This document shows, piece by piece, positions 16,967 to 26,929 of a stretch of 36,310 nt of DNA. Position numbers and translations under genes: made by a program. The stretch covers positions 1 through 36,310 of the forward strand of contig JACQRQ010000268.1 of NCBI GenBank assembly GCA_016206405.1. Reading direction: 5' to 3'. The notes below the pieces were generated by a model. It was not told where the DNA came from, did not search any database, and saw nothing but the letters and a program-made list of their open reading frames with translations. Numbering within the stretch: the stretch's first letter is position 1; the number at the start of each line of letters is the position of its first letter. Source of the stretch: Elusimicrobiota bacterium (GTDB lineage: Bacteria > Elusimicrobiota > Elusimicrobia > O2-12-FULL-59-9).

Positions 16967-18558
16967 AGATATTGATCGCTCAACCCTATTTCAGGGTCCT
17001 GGACCCGGCCGAGTGGAAAAACCAGATGCCTTATCCGGCTCTGAGCGCGCTTTACGCGGCGACCGTCCTGCGCGGCTTGGGGCACGATATCCATTTTTTC
17101 GACGGCATGCTGGCTTCACGCCCAAAAAACCTGGATGACGAACTGCGGGATCTTCGGCCCGACCTTTTTTTGCTCTTGGACGACGATTTCAACTATCTGA
17201 CGAAGATGTGCCTGTCCAACATGCGCCGCGCCGCGCTCAAAGCTCTGGAAACAGCCCAGGAACTGGGCATTGCTGCCTTTATTCACTCCTCCGACGCCGC
17301 CGATCACCCGCGGCCGTATCTGGAACGAGGGGCATGGGCGGTGATTTTGCAGGAAGCGGAGAGCGCCCTTCCCGACGTCATCACCGCCATCGAAAAGGGA
17401 AATTTCAAGCAAACCCGCGAAAAAATACCGGGACTGCTTTTGGGGGGCGGCGAACGGAGTCCAAAAAGGGAGGCGCTCAAGGATTTGGATCTTCTGCCGG
17501 AGCCGGATTATGATTTCGTCGACCTCGCCGCCTACAGGAAAATTTGGATTAAAAACCACGGATATTTTTCGCTCAACATCTCCACGGCCCGGGGCTGTCC
17601 CTTCGGCTGCAATTGGTGCGCCAAACCTCTTTATGGCCAAGCCTACCACAGCCATTCCCCCGCCAGAGTGGCCGGACGCATGCGTCGCTTAAGCCGGCGC
17701 TACAACGCCGACCATTTCTGGATCACCGACGATATCTTCGGTTTGAAGCCCGGTTGGCTCAGGGAGTTCGCCCGCGAATGCGCCTCTCAAGACGCGCGCG
17801 TTCCATATAAATGCCTGTCCCGGGCCGATTTGCTTCTCCGGGACGGCACGGTGGAGCTTCTAAAGCGTTCCGGATGCAGAACCATCTGGCTCGGAGCCGA
17901 ATCCGGCAGCCAGAAAGTGTTGAACGCCATGGAAAAAGGCGTTTCGGTGGAGCAGATCTACGAGGCGGCGCGCCTGGTGCGCCGCGAAAACATGGAGATC
18001 GCTTTTTTCCTGCAGATCGGGTACCCGGAAGAAACATGGGACGATATTTCGCTGACGCGGAAAATGGTCCGGGACTTGACGCCGGACGGCCTGGGCATTT
18101 CCGTCTCCTATCCGCTTCCCGGCACTAAATTTTTTGAGCGGGTATCCAGCCGGCAGCTCTCCAAAACCCGCTGGACCCACTCCAAGGATTTGGATCTTTT
18201 GTTTGCCGGAACCTACGGACGGCAATTTTACCGGTTTCTGCAGCGCTTTATTCACGCCGAGCACCGTATTTTCAGGATCTGCAGAAACAAACAATGGCGG
18301 CAATGGCATCGCCTGGCGGCCTCCATCTTGAGATGGACGTTCTACGGCGCGCTGTTGGCGATCAAGTCTTGCGTGGAGCGTCCCGCCCGCCCAGCGCCCC
18401 GCGTCCGATCGAACACTCGATCACTCGACCACTTGAGCACTGATCACTCTACCGCTCGCCCACTTTACCACTCTACCACTCTGCCGCCGTATCACTCTAT
18501 CACTCTACCACTTTACCACTCTACCACTGGTGGACAAGTTAAGGTGGACTCAATATGA
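16963..18558 (+). CDS. Cobalamin-binding radical SAM protein 1, with repeat-derived C-terminal tail
   Basis: N-terminal B12-binding-like domain (PYPALSALYAA), ARGCPFGCNWC, DDIF, GAESGSQ and YPLPGT; ATGA overlaps at both ends. Confidence 0.9.
   Translation: MKILIAQPYFRVLDPAEWKNQMPYPALSALYAATVLRGLGHDIHFFDGMLASRPKNLDDELRDLRPDLFLLLDDDFNYLTKMCLSNMRRAALKALETAQELGIAAFIHSSDAADHPRPYLERGAWAVILQEAESALPDVITAIEKGNFKQTREKIPGLLLGGGERSPKREALKDLDLLPEPDYDFVDLAAYRKIWIKNHGYFSLNISTARGCPFGCNWCAKPLYGQAYHSHSPARVAGRMRRLSRRYNADHFWITDDIFGLKPGWLREFARECASQDARVPYKCLSRADLLLRDGTVELLKRSGCRTIWLGAESGSQKVLNAMEKGVSVEQIYEAARLVRRENMEIAFFLQIGYPEETWDDISLTRKMVRDLTPDGLGISVSYPLPGTKFFERVSSRQLSKTRWTHSKDLDLLFAGTYGRQFYRFLQRFIHAEHRIFRICRNKQWRQWHRLAASILRWTFYGALLAIKSCVERPARPAPRVRSNTRSLDHLSTDHSTARPLYHSTTLPPYHSITLPLYHSTTGGQVKVDSI
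18414..18535 (+). repeat. Octamer tandem array, copy 4 (14 units plus cactggtggac end), inside a CDS
   Basis: cactcgat-cactcgac-cacttgag-cactgat-cactctac-cgctcgcc-cactttac-cactctac-cactctgc-cgccgtat-cactctat-cactctac-cactttac-cactctac-cactggtggac. Confidence 0.92.
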
Positions 18559-20015
18559 GCGACATCCTTTTATCGCACGCTTATTTCATCGCCGAAGACC
18601 CCCGGGAGCAAGGGATCATGAAGCCTTATCCTCCTCTGGGCCTGCTCTACATCAGCTCCCACCTCAAAGCCAAGGGCTTTGCCGTGGACCTCTTCGACGG
18701 CACTTTCAAAAGCATGCCTGACTTCGAAAACCACCTCTGGACGACGCGCCCCCCCGTGACGGGCCTGTACTGCACGTTAATGAGCAAGCCTCACGTCCTG
18801 AAAATGATCCAACTGTGCAAGGCCGCGGGAAGCCGGGTTATTTTAGGAGGGCCTGAGCCGCCGCCATACGCCCTCGAGTACCTTCGCTCCGGCGCCGACG
18901 TCGTCGTGCATGGCGAGGGGGAACTGGCGCTGCAAGAGCTCATCCCCCATCTCAAGCGCTTCGGCGCCGCGGGTCTCAACTCCATTGAGGGCATTTCCTT
19001 TCTTGACGAGGACGGCCGCTTGGTTCAAACGCCGCCGCGAGCCCAAATTATAAACCTCTCCCAACAGCCTTGGCCGGACCGCGAAGCCATCGACATGGAC
19101 CGCTATCTGGGGGCGTGGAAAACGCATCACGGATCAAGCTCGGTCTCGCTCATCACGGCCCGCGGCTGCCCCTATACCTGCGCCTGGTGCAGCCACTCCG
19201 TCTTCGGCGAAACTCACCGCCGCCGGCAGCCCGGGGAAGTCGCCGAGGAAATCGCCTGGCTCCAAAATAAATACGCCCCGGACCGGCTTTGGTACGCCGA
19301 CGACGTCTTTACCATCCATCGCGGCTGGATTCTGGAATTCGCAAGGGAGCTAAAAAAACGCGGCCTTAAAATTCCCTTTGAATGCATTTCTCGGGCCGAC
19401 CGCCTCGATGACGCGCTCATCGCCGCGCTTTGCGAAATGGGCTGCTTCCGGCTCTGGATAGGCGCCGAAAGCGGGTCCCAGAAAATCCTCGACGCCATGC
19501 GGCGCCGGACCACGATTGAAGACGTCCGATTAAAAACCAGGAGCCTGCAAAATAACGGCATTCAGGTTGGGATGTTCGTCATGCTCGGCTACGAAGGCGA
19601 GCAATGCTCCGACATCGAGGCGACGGTGGACCACCTCAAAAAGTCCGCTCCGGATGTTTTCTTGAGCACGGTCGCCTATCCCATCAAAGGCACCCGCTAT
19701 TATGAGGCCGTTTCGGATAAAATCGTTTCCAGCTTAAGCTGGCCCGCGCGCACCGACCGCGACCTCAAAATATCGGGCCGGCGCTCCAAAAGGTTCTATG
19801 CCCACGCGACCCGCTGGATGGACAACGAGGTGAATTTCCATAAATTGCGGGTCCAAAATTCTCTCAACCTTCCCCGCATGCTCAAGCTCTTGGCCAACGC
19901 CAAGCGCGGCCGTCTCGGCATGTGGTGGACCCGCAACGAGACGGAGGAGGACCCGTCGCAAGGCGCCGGCGGGCGCGGCTGGCCCGCCCGAGACCGGGCG
20001 GAGGCCGCATGGTGA
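18555..20015 (+). CDS. Cobalamin-binding radical SAM protein 2
   Basis: PYPPLGLLYI, GGP, GEGE, ARGCPYTCAWC, DDVF, GAESGSQ and YPIKGT. Confidence 0.92.
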   Translation: MSDILLSHAYFIAEDPREQGIMKPYPPLGLLYISSHLKAKGFAVDLFDGTFKSMPDFENHLWTTRPPVTGLYCTLMSKPHVLKMIQLCKAAGSRVILGGPEPPPYALEYLRSGADVVVHGEGELALQELIPHLKRFGAAGLNSIEGISFLDEDGRLVQTPPRAQIINLSQQPWPDREAIDMDRYLGAWKTHHGSSSVSLITARGCPYTCAWCSHSVFGETHRRRQPGEVAEEIAWLQNKYAPDRLWYADDVFTIHRGWILEFARELKKRGLKIPFECISRADRLDDALIAALCEMGCFRLWIGAESGSQKILDAMRRRTTIEDVRLKTRSLQNNGIQVGMFVMLGYEGEQCSDIEATVDHLKKSAPDVFLSTVAYPIKGTRYYEAVSDKIVSSLSWPARTDRDLKISGRRSKRFYAHATRWMDNEVNFHKLRVQNSLNLPRMLKLLANAKRGRLGMWWTRNETEEDPSQGAGGRGWPARDRAEAAW

Positions 20016-20815
20016 GCCGGGCGCAGGAAGCGTCCCCTTTCGACGCGGTCGCCCGGGATTACGACCGCACCTTCACTTTTACGACTCTCGGCCGGATGCT
20101 GCGCGCTCGAGTTTGGGAGCACTTGGCCGAGCATTTCAAGGCGGGCGAGCGCGTCCTGGATTTGGCGTGCGGCACCGGCGAAGACGCCGTCTGGCTGGCC
20201 CAACGAGGCGTACGGGTCGCCGCCGCGGACGCTTCCGGAACAATGCTCGACATCGCCCGCGCCAAAGCCGCGCGCGCCGGGATTGCCGGCGGGATAGAAT
20301 TTAGAAGCCTGCGCATCGAACGACTGCCGGCCTATGCCTCCCAACAGCCCCCCTTTTCTTTTGACGGCGCCTTCTCCAATTTCGGAGGACTCAACGCGGT
20401 GGAAGACAGAACGCCCGTCTTTGAGGCTTTGTTCCGCCTGCTTAAACCCGGCGGCAAGCTGATTCTGGTCGTGATGGGCCCCTGCTGCCCCTGGGAGATC
20501 GCCGGAAATATCCTGCGCCTTGAGCCGCGCAAAGCTTTCCGGCGCTGGAAGAAAAGCGCGCCGGCGATCATCGGCGGCCGCGCCCTTCGCGTCCGCTATC
20601 CGTCGGCCGCAAAGCTTCAAAAGGAGCTTTCCGGAAATTTCCGCCTCATCGATGCGCAAAGCCTGGGCTTATGGCTGCCGACGACCGAGTTCAGGGGGCT
20701 GGCGCACCAATGGCCCCGTCTCTTCGCTTTTCTCAATCGCCTGGAAAAATCTACCGCCTCCATCACCCGAGGCTGGGGAGACCACTCCATTGTCATCGCC
20801 GCGAGAAAGCCTTAA
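20009..20815 (+). CDS. Class I SAM-dependent methyltransferase
   Basis: FDAVARDYD, VLDLACGTGED and FDGAFSNFGGLN. Start placed at the ATG overlapping the previous stop. Confidence 0.88.
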   Translation: MVSRAQEASPFDAVARDYDRTFTFTTLGRMLRARVWEHLAEHFKAGERVLDLACGTGEDAVWLAQRGVRVAAADASGTMLDIARAKAARAGIAGGIEFRSLRIERLPAYASQQPPFSFDGAFSNFGGLNAVEDRTPVFEALFRLLKPGGKLILVVMGPCCPWEIAGNILRLEPRKAFRRWKKSAPAIIGGRALRVRYPSAAKLQKELSGNFRLIDAQSLGLWLPTTEFRGLAHQWPRLFAFLNRLEKSTASITRGWGDHSIVIAARKP

Positions 20816-21527
20816 CAACGCCCATCGCCTGACAGGCTGGAGAGCCCGTTGGACGCGCCGCTGGCTGTCGCTGAAATACCGGATTTTTCACCGAGGGTAT
20901 CGTCGTCTTGTCTTGGAAAAAATCCCCGAAGCGGCGTTCGTGGTTCTTCCGGACGTCTTCAACCCCGTTTTATTTCGCATCGGCCCGTTTTTGGGAAGGG
21001 CCGCTTCCAAGCTGATCGCCTCAAAGGCGGCTGCCTCCGCCGCGAACGCGCCCATCCGGGTTTTGGATGTCGGAACCGGTTCCGGGGTCTGCGCCGTCCT
21101 CGCCGCCCAGGCAGGAGCGGCGGCGGTGGCCACAGACATCAATCCGGAGGCGGTGCGCTGCGCCAAAATCAACGCCCTGCTCAACGACCTCGAAGAGCGC
21201 ATCGAGGTGCGGCGGAAAAACTTATTAGAGGACCTCCATGGAGAAAGGTTCGACCTTGTGTTGTTCAGCCCGCCGTTTTATATCGGCCGGCCTCGAGACT
21301 GGCTGGACTGCGCCTGGCGCAGCGAGGACGTCTTTGAGCGCTTCGCGGAGGGTTTGCCGGCGGCGTTAAAACCGGACGGGCAAGCCCTGATCGCCCTTTC
21401 CACCGATGGAGCCGGCCAATATTTCTTAAATTTGATGCGGCAGCGCGGATTCGACGTGTCCCTCCATCAGCAAGAGCATTGGGGAAATGAAATCGCCGCC
21501 ATCTACAGCGTCCGGCCCCAAGGATAA
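20790..21527 (+). CDS. HemK/PrmC-like class I methyltransferase
   Basis: VLPDVFNP, VLDVGTGSG, DINPEAV and FDLVLFSPPF (NPPY-like). Start uncertain; in-frame TTG at 20790 has GGAG upstream. Confidence 0.8.
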   Translation: MSSPRESLNNAHRLTGWRARWTRRWLSLKYRIFHRGYRRLVLEKIPEAAFVVLPDVFNPVLFRIGPFLGRAASKLIASKAAASAANAPIRVLDVGTGSGVCAVLAAQAGAAAVATDINPEAVRCAKINALLNDLEERIEVRRKNLLEDLHGERFDLVLFSPPFYIGRPRDWLDCAWRSEDVFERFAEGLPAALKPDGQALIALSTDGAGQYFLNLMRQRGFDVSLHQQEHWGNEIAAIYSVRPQG

Positions 21528-21541
21528 AGGACGGCGCGCCG

Positions 21542-23017
21542 ATGATTATTTTATACAACCCTCAAAGCAGCGCGGCCCGCAAGCCTATTCTTCCGATGTC
21601 GCTCCTGGCTCTGGCCGCGCAGTTGGAAGGGCGCCGCCCTTGCCGGATCATCGACGGCAACTTGGACGATCATCCGGTGGACAGCATCGCCCGGATCATC
21701 GGCGAGAATTCTGCCGGCGTTCTTGGAGTCACGGTGATGCCCGGCCCCCAATTGTTGGCCGCTACGCGGGACTGCCGGGCGATCAAAAACCGCTTTCCCC
21801 ACGTGACCATCGTTTGGGGGGGCTACTTCCCCACGCAGCACCCGCGCCCCTGCCTCAACGCCCCCTACGTGGATTTCGCGCTCCAAGGACACGCTGACTT
21901 CGCCTTGCATGCCTTCTTGGAGATGCTCGAGGGGCGCATGCGCCCATCGGAGGTGCCGGGATTGGTCTACCGGGATCCATCCGGCGGCTCCGTGCGGCAG
22001 GTTCCGGCGGGACCGGTTCCCCACCCCGCGCATCTGCCCCCTTTTCCCTATCACCGGGTGCCGATGCAGCGCTATATCCGCAACACCTATCTCGGTTCGC
22101 GCACCTTGCCGGACCACACCAGTTACGGCTGCCCGTTTTTTTGCAATTTCTGCGGCGTCGTCAAACTCGCCAACGGCAGGTGGCTGGCCCAGTCGGCCGA
22201 ACGCATCGCCGGGAATGTGGCGATGATGATGCGCCGCTGGAACGTCAACGCCGTCGAGTTTTTCGACAATAATTTCTTTGTCCAAGAGGCTCGCGTGGCC
22301 GAGTTCGCCGACCGCATAAAGAAGTTTGGAATCGGCTGGTGGGGAGAGGGGCGCATCGACACCATGCTCCAATTCGACGATCGGACCTGGCGCGCTATGG
22401 CGGAAAGCGGCTTGCGCATGGTTTTTTTGGGCGCCGAATCCGGTTCCGATGAGACGCTCAAAAGAATGAAAAAGCAAGGGACAGCCTGCGCCGCGAAAAC
22501 GCTGGCGATGGCCCAAAAATGCGCCCAATGGGGAATTATTCCGGAATTTTCCTTCATGCTCGGAAATCCGCCGGACCCGGAAAAAGACGCGCAAGCGACG
22601 ACGGCCTTCATACGCAAGCTCAAAAAAATCAATCCTCAAGCCGAGATAATCCTTTATCACTACACCCCGGTTCCGCTTCAGGGAGAACTTTACGAGGCGG
22701 CACAGGGACGAGGATTCCGCTTTCCTGAACGCTTGGAGGAATGGGTGCGCCCGGAGTGGCAGCGGGTAGCCGCGCATCGCCCCGAATCCATGCCCTGGTT
22801 CTCCTCCAACCTGACAAGCCGTATTCGTAATTTTGAAAAAGTGCTCAATGCCTATTACCCCACGGCCACCGACATCAAGCTGGGGAAACTGCATAGGTTG
22901 TTCTTGCGCGGCCTGAGCGCTTGGCGCTACCGCCTGCATTTTTACCGACTGCCCTGGGAACTGCGCGCCGCAAACCGCCTCTTGAAATATCAGCGCCCGG
23001 AAACTTCGGGATTTTAA
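21542..23017 (+). CDS. Cobalamin-binding radical SAM protein 3
   Basis: LPMSLLALAA, VWGGYFPT, SYGCPFFCNFC, DNNF and GAESGS; AAGGA RBS. Confidence 0.9.
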   Translation: MIILYNPQSSAARKPILPMSLLALAAQLEGRRPCRIIDGNLDDHPVDSIARIIGENSAGVLGVTVMPGPQLLAATRDCRAIKNRFPHVTIVWGGYFPTQHPRPCLNAPYVDFALQGHADFALHAFLEMLEGRMRPSEVPGLVYRDPSGGSVRQVPAGPVPHPAHLPPFPYHRVPMQRYIRNTYLGSRTLPDHTSYGCPFFCNFCGVVKLANGRWLAQSAERIAGNVAMMMRRWNVNAVEFFDNNFFVQEARVAEFADRIKKFGIGWWGEGRIDTMLQFDDRTWRAMAESGLRMVFLGAESGSDETLKRMKKQGTACAAKTLAMAQKCAQWGIIPEFSFMLGNPPDPEKDAQATTAFIRKLKKINPQAEIILYHYTPVPLQGELYEAAQGRGFRFPERLEEWVRPEWQRVAAHRPESMPWFSSNLTSRIRNFEKVLNAYYPTATDIKLGKLHRLFLRGLSAWRYRLHFYRLPWELRAANRLLKYQRPETSGF

Positions 23018-24117
23018 ATGCTCGCCCGCCGGCTTCTCCAACCGCTTAAGACCGCCAATATGAGATTTTTTCCGGATTCTTTCCCCTACGCTCCGGATTG
23101 GGTCGTTCTGGGGGTCAACAACGCCTGCAACCTGCGTTGCAAAATGTGCGACGTGGGCGCCGGCTACAAGGCGAGCAACTTCTACCACAATATGACTGGC
23201 GCAAAGCCCTTGAACATGCCCCGGGAGCTTATTTTTAAGATCATTGATGAGACCGCGCGCTATTTTCCGAAAGCTAAGCTGGGCTACGGCTTCACCGAAC
23301 CGCTGCTTTATCCGCATCTGGTCGAATCCATTCGCTATGCCAAACAAAAACGGCTAACCACGGCGCTGACGACCAACGCCTTCGGATTGGAGCGCCTGGC
23401 GGTGGATTTGGCGTTGGCGGGGCTGGATGAAGTGAGCGTCTCGCTGGATGGCCCGCCGGAAATTCACAACGCCATCCGGGGCCACGCGCGCTCCTTTGCC
23501 GGCGCTTTTGAGGGAATCAAAAAGATTTTCAAGATCAAAGGCCCTGCGCCCGAAGTTTCCATATTTTGCGCCGTCACGGAGTGGAACATCGGCCACTTGG
23601 TGAGATTTGCGGAATTGTTTAAATCCTTTCCGCTCCGCCGGCTCGGTTTTTGCATACGAACTTTACCCCGCCCGATGTTGCCGGGGCGCACAATGCCCTC
23701 TATGGTCGTCTATACCCCGCCACCATTTCCAGTATGAAGGAAATCAACATCGAAAGAATGGACCTAAACGTCTTGTGGCGCGAGATCAAAGCCGTCGAGG
23801 AACAACCCTTTCCCTTCCCGGTCGTTTTTTCACCGAGGCTGATAGATTTTCAGGCGCTACAAGATTTTTACCTAAAACCCGGCAAATTCATCGGCGCGCG
23901 CTGCTACGATGCCTTCCGGATGCTCATGATCAAATCCGACGGTTCCGCCATGCCGGCCCACAGCCGTTGTTACAAAATAGAGGCCGGGAATCTATATCAG
24001 CAGAGTTTAAAGGATATTTGGCGATCCGAAGCGATCCGCCGCTTTCGAAAGACGCTGACCGCAGCCGGCGGTCTTTTGCCCGCCTGCGCCAGGTGCTGCA
24101 GCGCCTTCTCCACCTGA
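23018..24117 (+). pseudogene. Radical SAM/SPASM(twitch) protein split by a 1-nt frameshift near 23647-23651
   Basis: ORF 23018-23737 has CNLRCKMC, EPLL, TTNA and SLDG..IHNAIRG. Coding sense continues in the -1 frame (23650-24117) with C..IKSDG..P..C..GNL...SLKDIW..CARCC. The junction is a T5 run; could be a sequencing error. Confidence 0.75.
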
Positions 24118-24120
24118 CCC

Positions 24121-25326
24121 ATGGGACCCCTGAGAATTCCAGCCGTCCGTCTTGCGCTCATCGCCGTCCTGGCGGCGTATTGGGCGTTTTTGGGCGTGGT
24201 TCCGGCATTCAACGAAATCCGAAGCGATTTTCCAAACTACTACGCGGCCGCAAGAATCGCCCTCCAAAACCCGGACGACGCCCGGCTCTACGACGACGCC
24301 TGGTTCCAGGCTAAACTCATGCAGGCCGGATTTGCCCACCCCGGCAAGTTTTCCCCCCATCCTCCCACGACGGCAATTCTCTACATGCCGCTTGCCTTTC
24401 TGCCGCCGCTGGCCGCGTTCAACACGATGACCGCCTTGAACCTTCTTTTCGTGCTTCTGGCCGTCATTTATTTATCCCGCGGGCTGTCTGCCCCCTGGAC
24501 GGAGTCGTCGCTGTTGATTCTCTTATCCGGCCAAGGGCTCGTCAATTGCTTCCTGCTGGGCCAAATTTATGCAGCCGTTTCCTTGTCCGTCATTATGGGT
24601 TATTATTTTTATGCGCGTGGAAACAAAGCGGCGGCCGGCATTTTTTTCGGGCTTTTTATTCCCATTAAATATTTCCCCGTCGTTTTCTTGCCCTACTTCG
24701 CCGTTAAGAAGGAGTACCGGCTTCTGCTTTACAGCGCCATTCCCGGCGCTCTCTTCGCGGCGGCCAGCCTATGGCTGTGGGGATGGGAAACTCACCGGCG
24801 TTTTCTGAACGAGGCTTTCGGCCCCCATCTTTTATCCAACCTGTCCCTGCAAAGCCCGTTTGCGCCGGCCTTCCAATCCTTGGACGGGTTGCTGCGCCGA
24901 TGGATGATCATGGACGCGGCGGCCAATCCGCGGCCGTGGATAGATTCTCAAGCGGGATTCTGGGCCGCCAAGCTCTTAGTTCTTTTTGCGCTCGGCGCCC
25001 TCGCGGTTCGCAGGTTCATTCAATATATGCATGATCCGGCCAAGCAGGCTCTCTGCCTTATTTTGCCCGCGCTCTTGGCGCTTGTCATCGCGCCGGCCAC
25101 CGCCACCTACCATTTTCTGCTCCTTTGGCTGCCCGTGGGGCTTCTCTTGAAGCATTACTCCAACCAGGGTCGGCATGATTTATCGCATCTGACGCTGATG
25201 GCCTATGCGGCGATCGGGTTCATTCCTTACGGCCTGTTCTATCCATTTGCCGGGGCAGGGGGGTGGGCCTGGCTGGCTTATCCGCGCTGGTTTTTGATTT
25301 TGGCGATGTTTCTTATGGCGGCGTAG
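24121..25326 (+). CDS. GT87-like (GT-C fold) membrane glycosyltransferase
   Basis: SDFPNYYAAA after TM1, F..PP...LYMPL, LGQ, IKYFP and QSL motifs; multiple TM segments. Confidence 0.75.
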   Translation: MGPLRIPAVRLALIAVLAAYWAFLGVVPAFNEIRSDFPNYYAAARIALQNPDDARLYDDAWFQAKLMQAGFAHPGKFSPHPPTTAILYMPLAFLPPLAAFNTMTALNLLFVLLAVIYLSRGLSAPWTESSLLILLSGQGLVNCFLLGQIYAAVSLSVIMGYYFYARGNKAAAGIFFGLFIPIKYFPVVFLPYFAVKKEYRLLLYSAIPGALFAAASLWLWGWETHRRFLNEAFGPHLLSNLSLQSPFAPAFQSLDGLLRRWMIMDAAANPRPWIDSQAGFWAAKLLVLFALGALAVRRFIQYMHDPAKQALCLILPALLALVIAPATATYHFLLLWLPVGLLLKHYSNQGRHDLSHLTLMAYAAIGFIPYGLFYPFAGAGGWAWLAYPRWFLILAMFLMAA

Positions 25327-25333
25327 AACTCAC

Positions 25334-26929
25334 ATGGATCGCGCTTCGACCTTTGGAATTCTCGCGCGGATTTGGCAATTTGCCGCCGCTCCGGTGACGT
25401 TGTGGCTGGTGGCGTCCCGATTTGCGCCGGAGGCGCAAGGCTACTACTATGCCTTCGGGAGCTTGATCGCCTTGCAGGTGTTTTTGGAGTTGGGATTGGG
25501 CACGGTCATCTCCCAGTTTGCCGGCCATGAATGGGCCCGGCTGGCGCTCGATGAAAAGGGGCGCATCGCGGGAGCAACGGACGCCCTCTCGCGTTTGGCC
25601 GGCCTGGCGCAATCGGCCTTGCGGTGGTATGCGGCCGCCGGCGCCTTGGCGGCGGCGGGATTGGCGCTGGCCGGTTTTATCTTTTTCCGCGACGCGCCGG
25701 CGTCGCACATCCGCTGGGCGCCTGCCTGGCTGGCGCTTTGCCTGCTCACCGGCTTCAATATACTCCTATTGCCGGCGTGGCATCTTTTGGACGGCTGCAA
25801 TCAAGTGGAACACACGCACGCCTATCGTTTTTTTCAAAGCGTGCTGGAAACTTTTGCGCGCTGGAGCTTTGTTTTGGGGGGAGCGGGATTGTGGACGCCG
25901 GCTCTAGCCTGCTCGGCTTCCATGGGTTGCGGTTTGGTCCTGCTGCGCTCAAGGTATTGGAACTTCTTTCGATGCCTTTGGACTGCGCCGGCTTGCGAGC
26001 GCATCGACTGGTTCAAGTCTGTCTGGCCGATGCAATGGAGAACGGCGATCACCTGGATCAGCGGCACCCTCATATTTTCGACGATGACTCTGATCGTTTT
26101 TCGCTCGCACGGCCCCGTCATCGCGGGCCAAATGGGCATGACTTGCGCGCTCATGGCCGCGCTGACTAACGCGGCGTTTATGCTGGTTTCGACAAAAACT
26201 CCCCGTTTCGCCATGCTCATCGCCCGGAAAGACTATCCGGCCCTGGACCGGCTGTTCGTAAAATCAGCCCGGGGCGCGCTGGCGGTCATCAGCCTCGGCG
26301 CGGGAGCCATGGCGGCCATGCTCTTCCTCTTGCGCCTTTTCAACCACCCGCTGGCCGCGCGGCTCTTGCCGCCGCTGCCGGCGGGCCTGCTGCTTTTGGC
26401 GGCGGTCTTCAACCAATTAAACTTTTGCTATGGAGCCTACCTAAGGGCCCACCGGCGGGAACCTTTCATGCTCACCACCGCCGCCGGCGCCGGACTCTTC
26501 TGCGCGGCCGGATCTTATTTGGCAAGCAGCTACGGTCCGGTCGGACTGGCGGCCGGATTCTTGGCCGTCAGCGCGATGATGTTGACGGCTAATTCAATGC
26601 TTTTCTTTAGACTGAGGACCGCATGGCATGCGGATCAGGACGCGACGGACAGGCGTTTTGACATCATCGCGCCGATATCGGCGGGAGATTCGATGACGGG
26701 GATGCCGGCCCCGCGCAGCGCCTCCGCCTTGGCCGCCCAGGTCCCGCTTCCGCCCTCGATGATGGCGCCCGCGTGGCCCATGCGGCGGCCGGCGGGGGCG
26801 GTCCTTCCGGCGATGAAGGCGCAGACGGGTTTGGACATATGCGCCTTGAAAAATGCGGCGGCTTCTTCTTCGGCGCTTCCGCCGATTTCGCCGATGATGA
26901 GCACCGCATCCGTTCCGGCGTCGTCTTGA
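25334..26929 (+). CDS. Wzx/MOP-superfamily flippase-like membrane protein, with read-through tail antisense to sucD
   Basis: About 12 hydrophobic segments; [28 protein letters not shown] and [10 protein letters not shown]. The membrane portion ends near 26630 but no stop occurs until 26929. Confidence 0.72.
   Translation: MDRASTFGILARIWQFAAAPVTLWLVASRFAPEAQGYYYAFGSLIALQVFLELGLGTVISQFAGHEWARLALDEKGRIAGATDALSRLAGLAQSALRWYAAAGALAAAGLALAGFIFFRDAPASHIRWAPAWLALCLLTGFNILLLPAWHLLDGCNQVEHTHAYRFFQSVLETFARWSFVLGGAGLWTPALACSASMGCGLVLLRSRYWNFFRCLWTAPACERIDWFKSVWPMQWRTAITWISGTLIFSTMTLIVFRSHGPVIAGQMGMTCALMAALTNAAFMLVSTKTPRFAMLIARKDYPALDRLFVKSARGALAVISLGAGAMAAMLFLLRLFNHPLAARLLPPLPAGLLLLAAVFNQLNFCYGAYLRAHRREPFMLTTAAGAGLFCAAGSYLASSYGPVGLAAGFLAVSAMMLTANSMLFFRLRTAWHADQDATDRRFDIIAPISAGDSMTGMPAPRSASALAAQVPLPPSMMAPAWPMRRPAGAVLPAMKAQTGLDICALKNAAASSSALPPISPMMSTASVPASS

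Noticed and set aside
18414-18535. Octamer arrays as a CRISPR array
   Set aside because: Period is 8 nt with no unique spacers, and there are no cas genes.
16963-23017. Assigning the B12 radical SAMs as BchE, HpnP/HpnJ or GDGT ring synthases
   Set aside because: No photosynthesis, hopanoid or tetraether context in the window; motifs support only the superfamily call.
21551-23347. 598-aa minus-strand ORF
   Set aside because: Antisense shadow of radical SAM genes with clear motifs on the plus strand.
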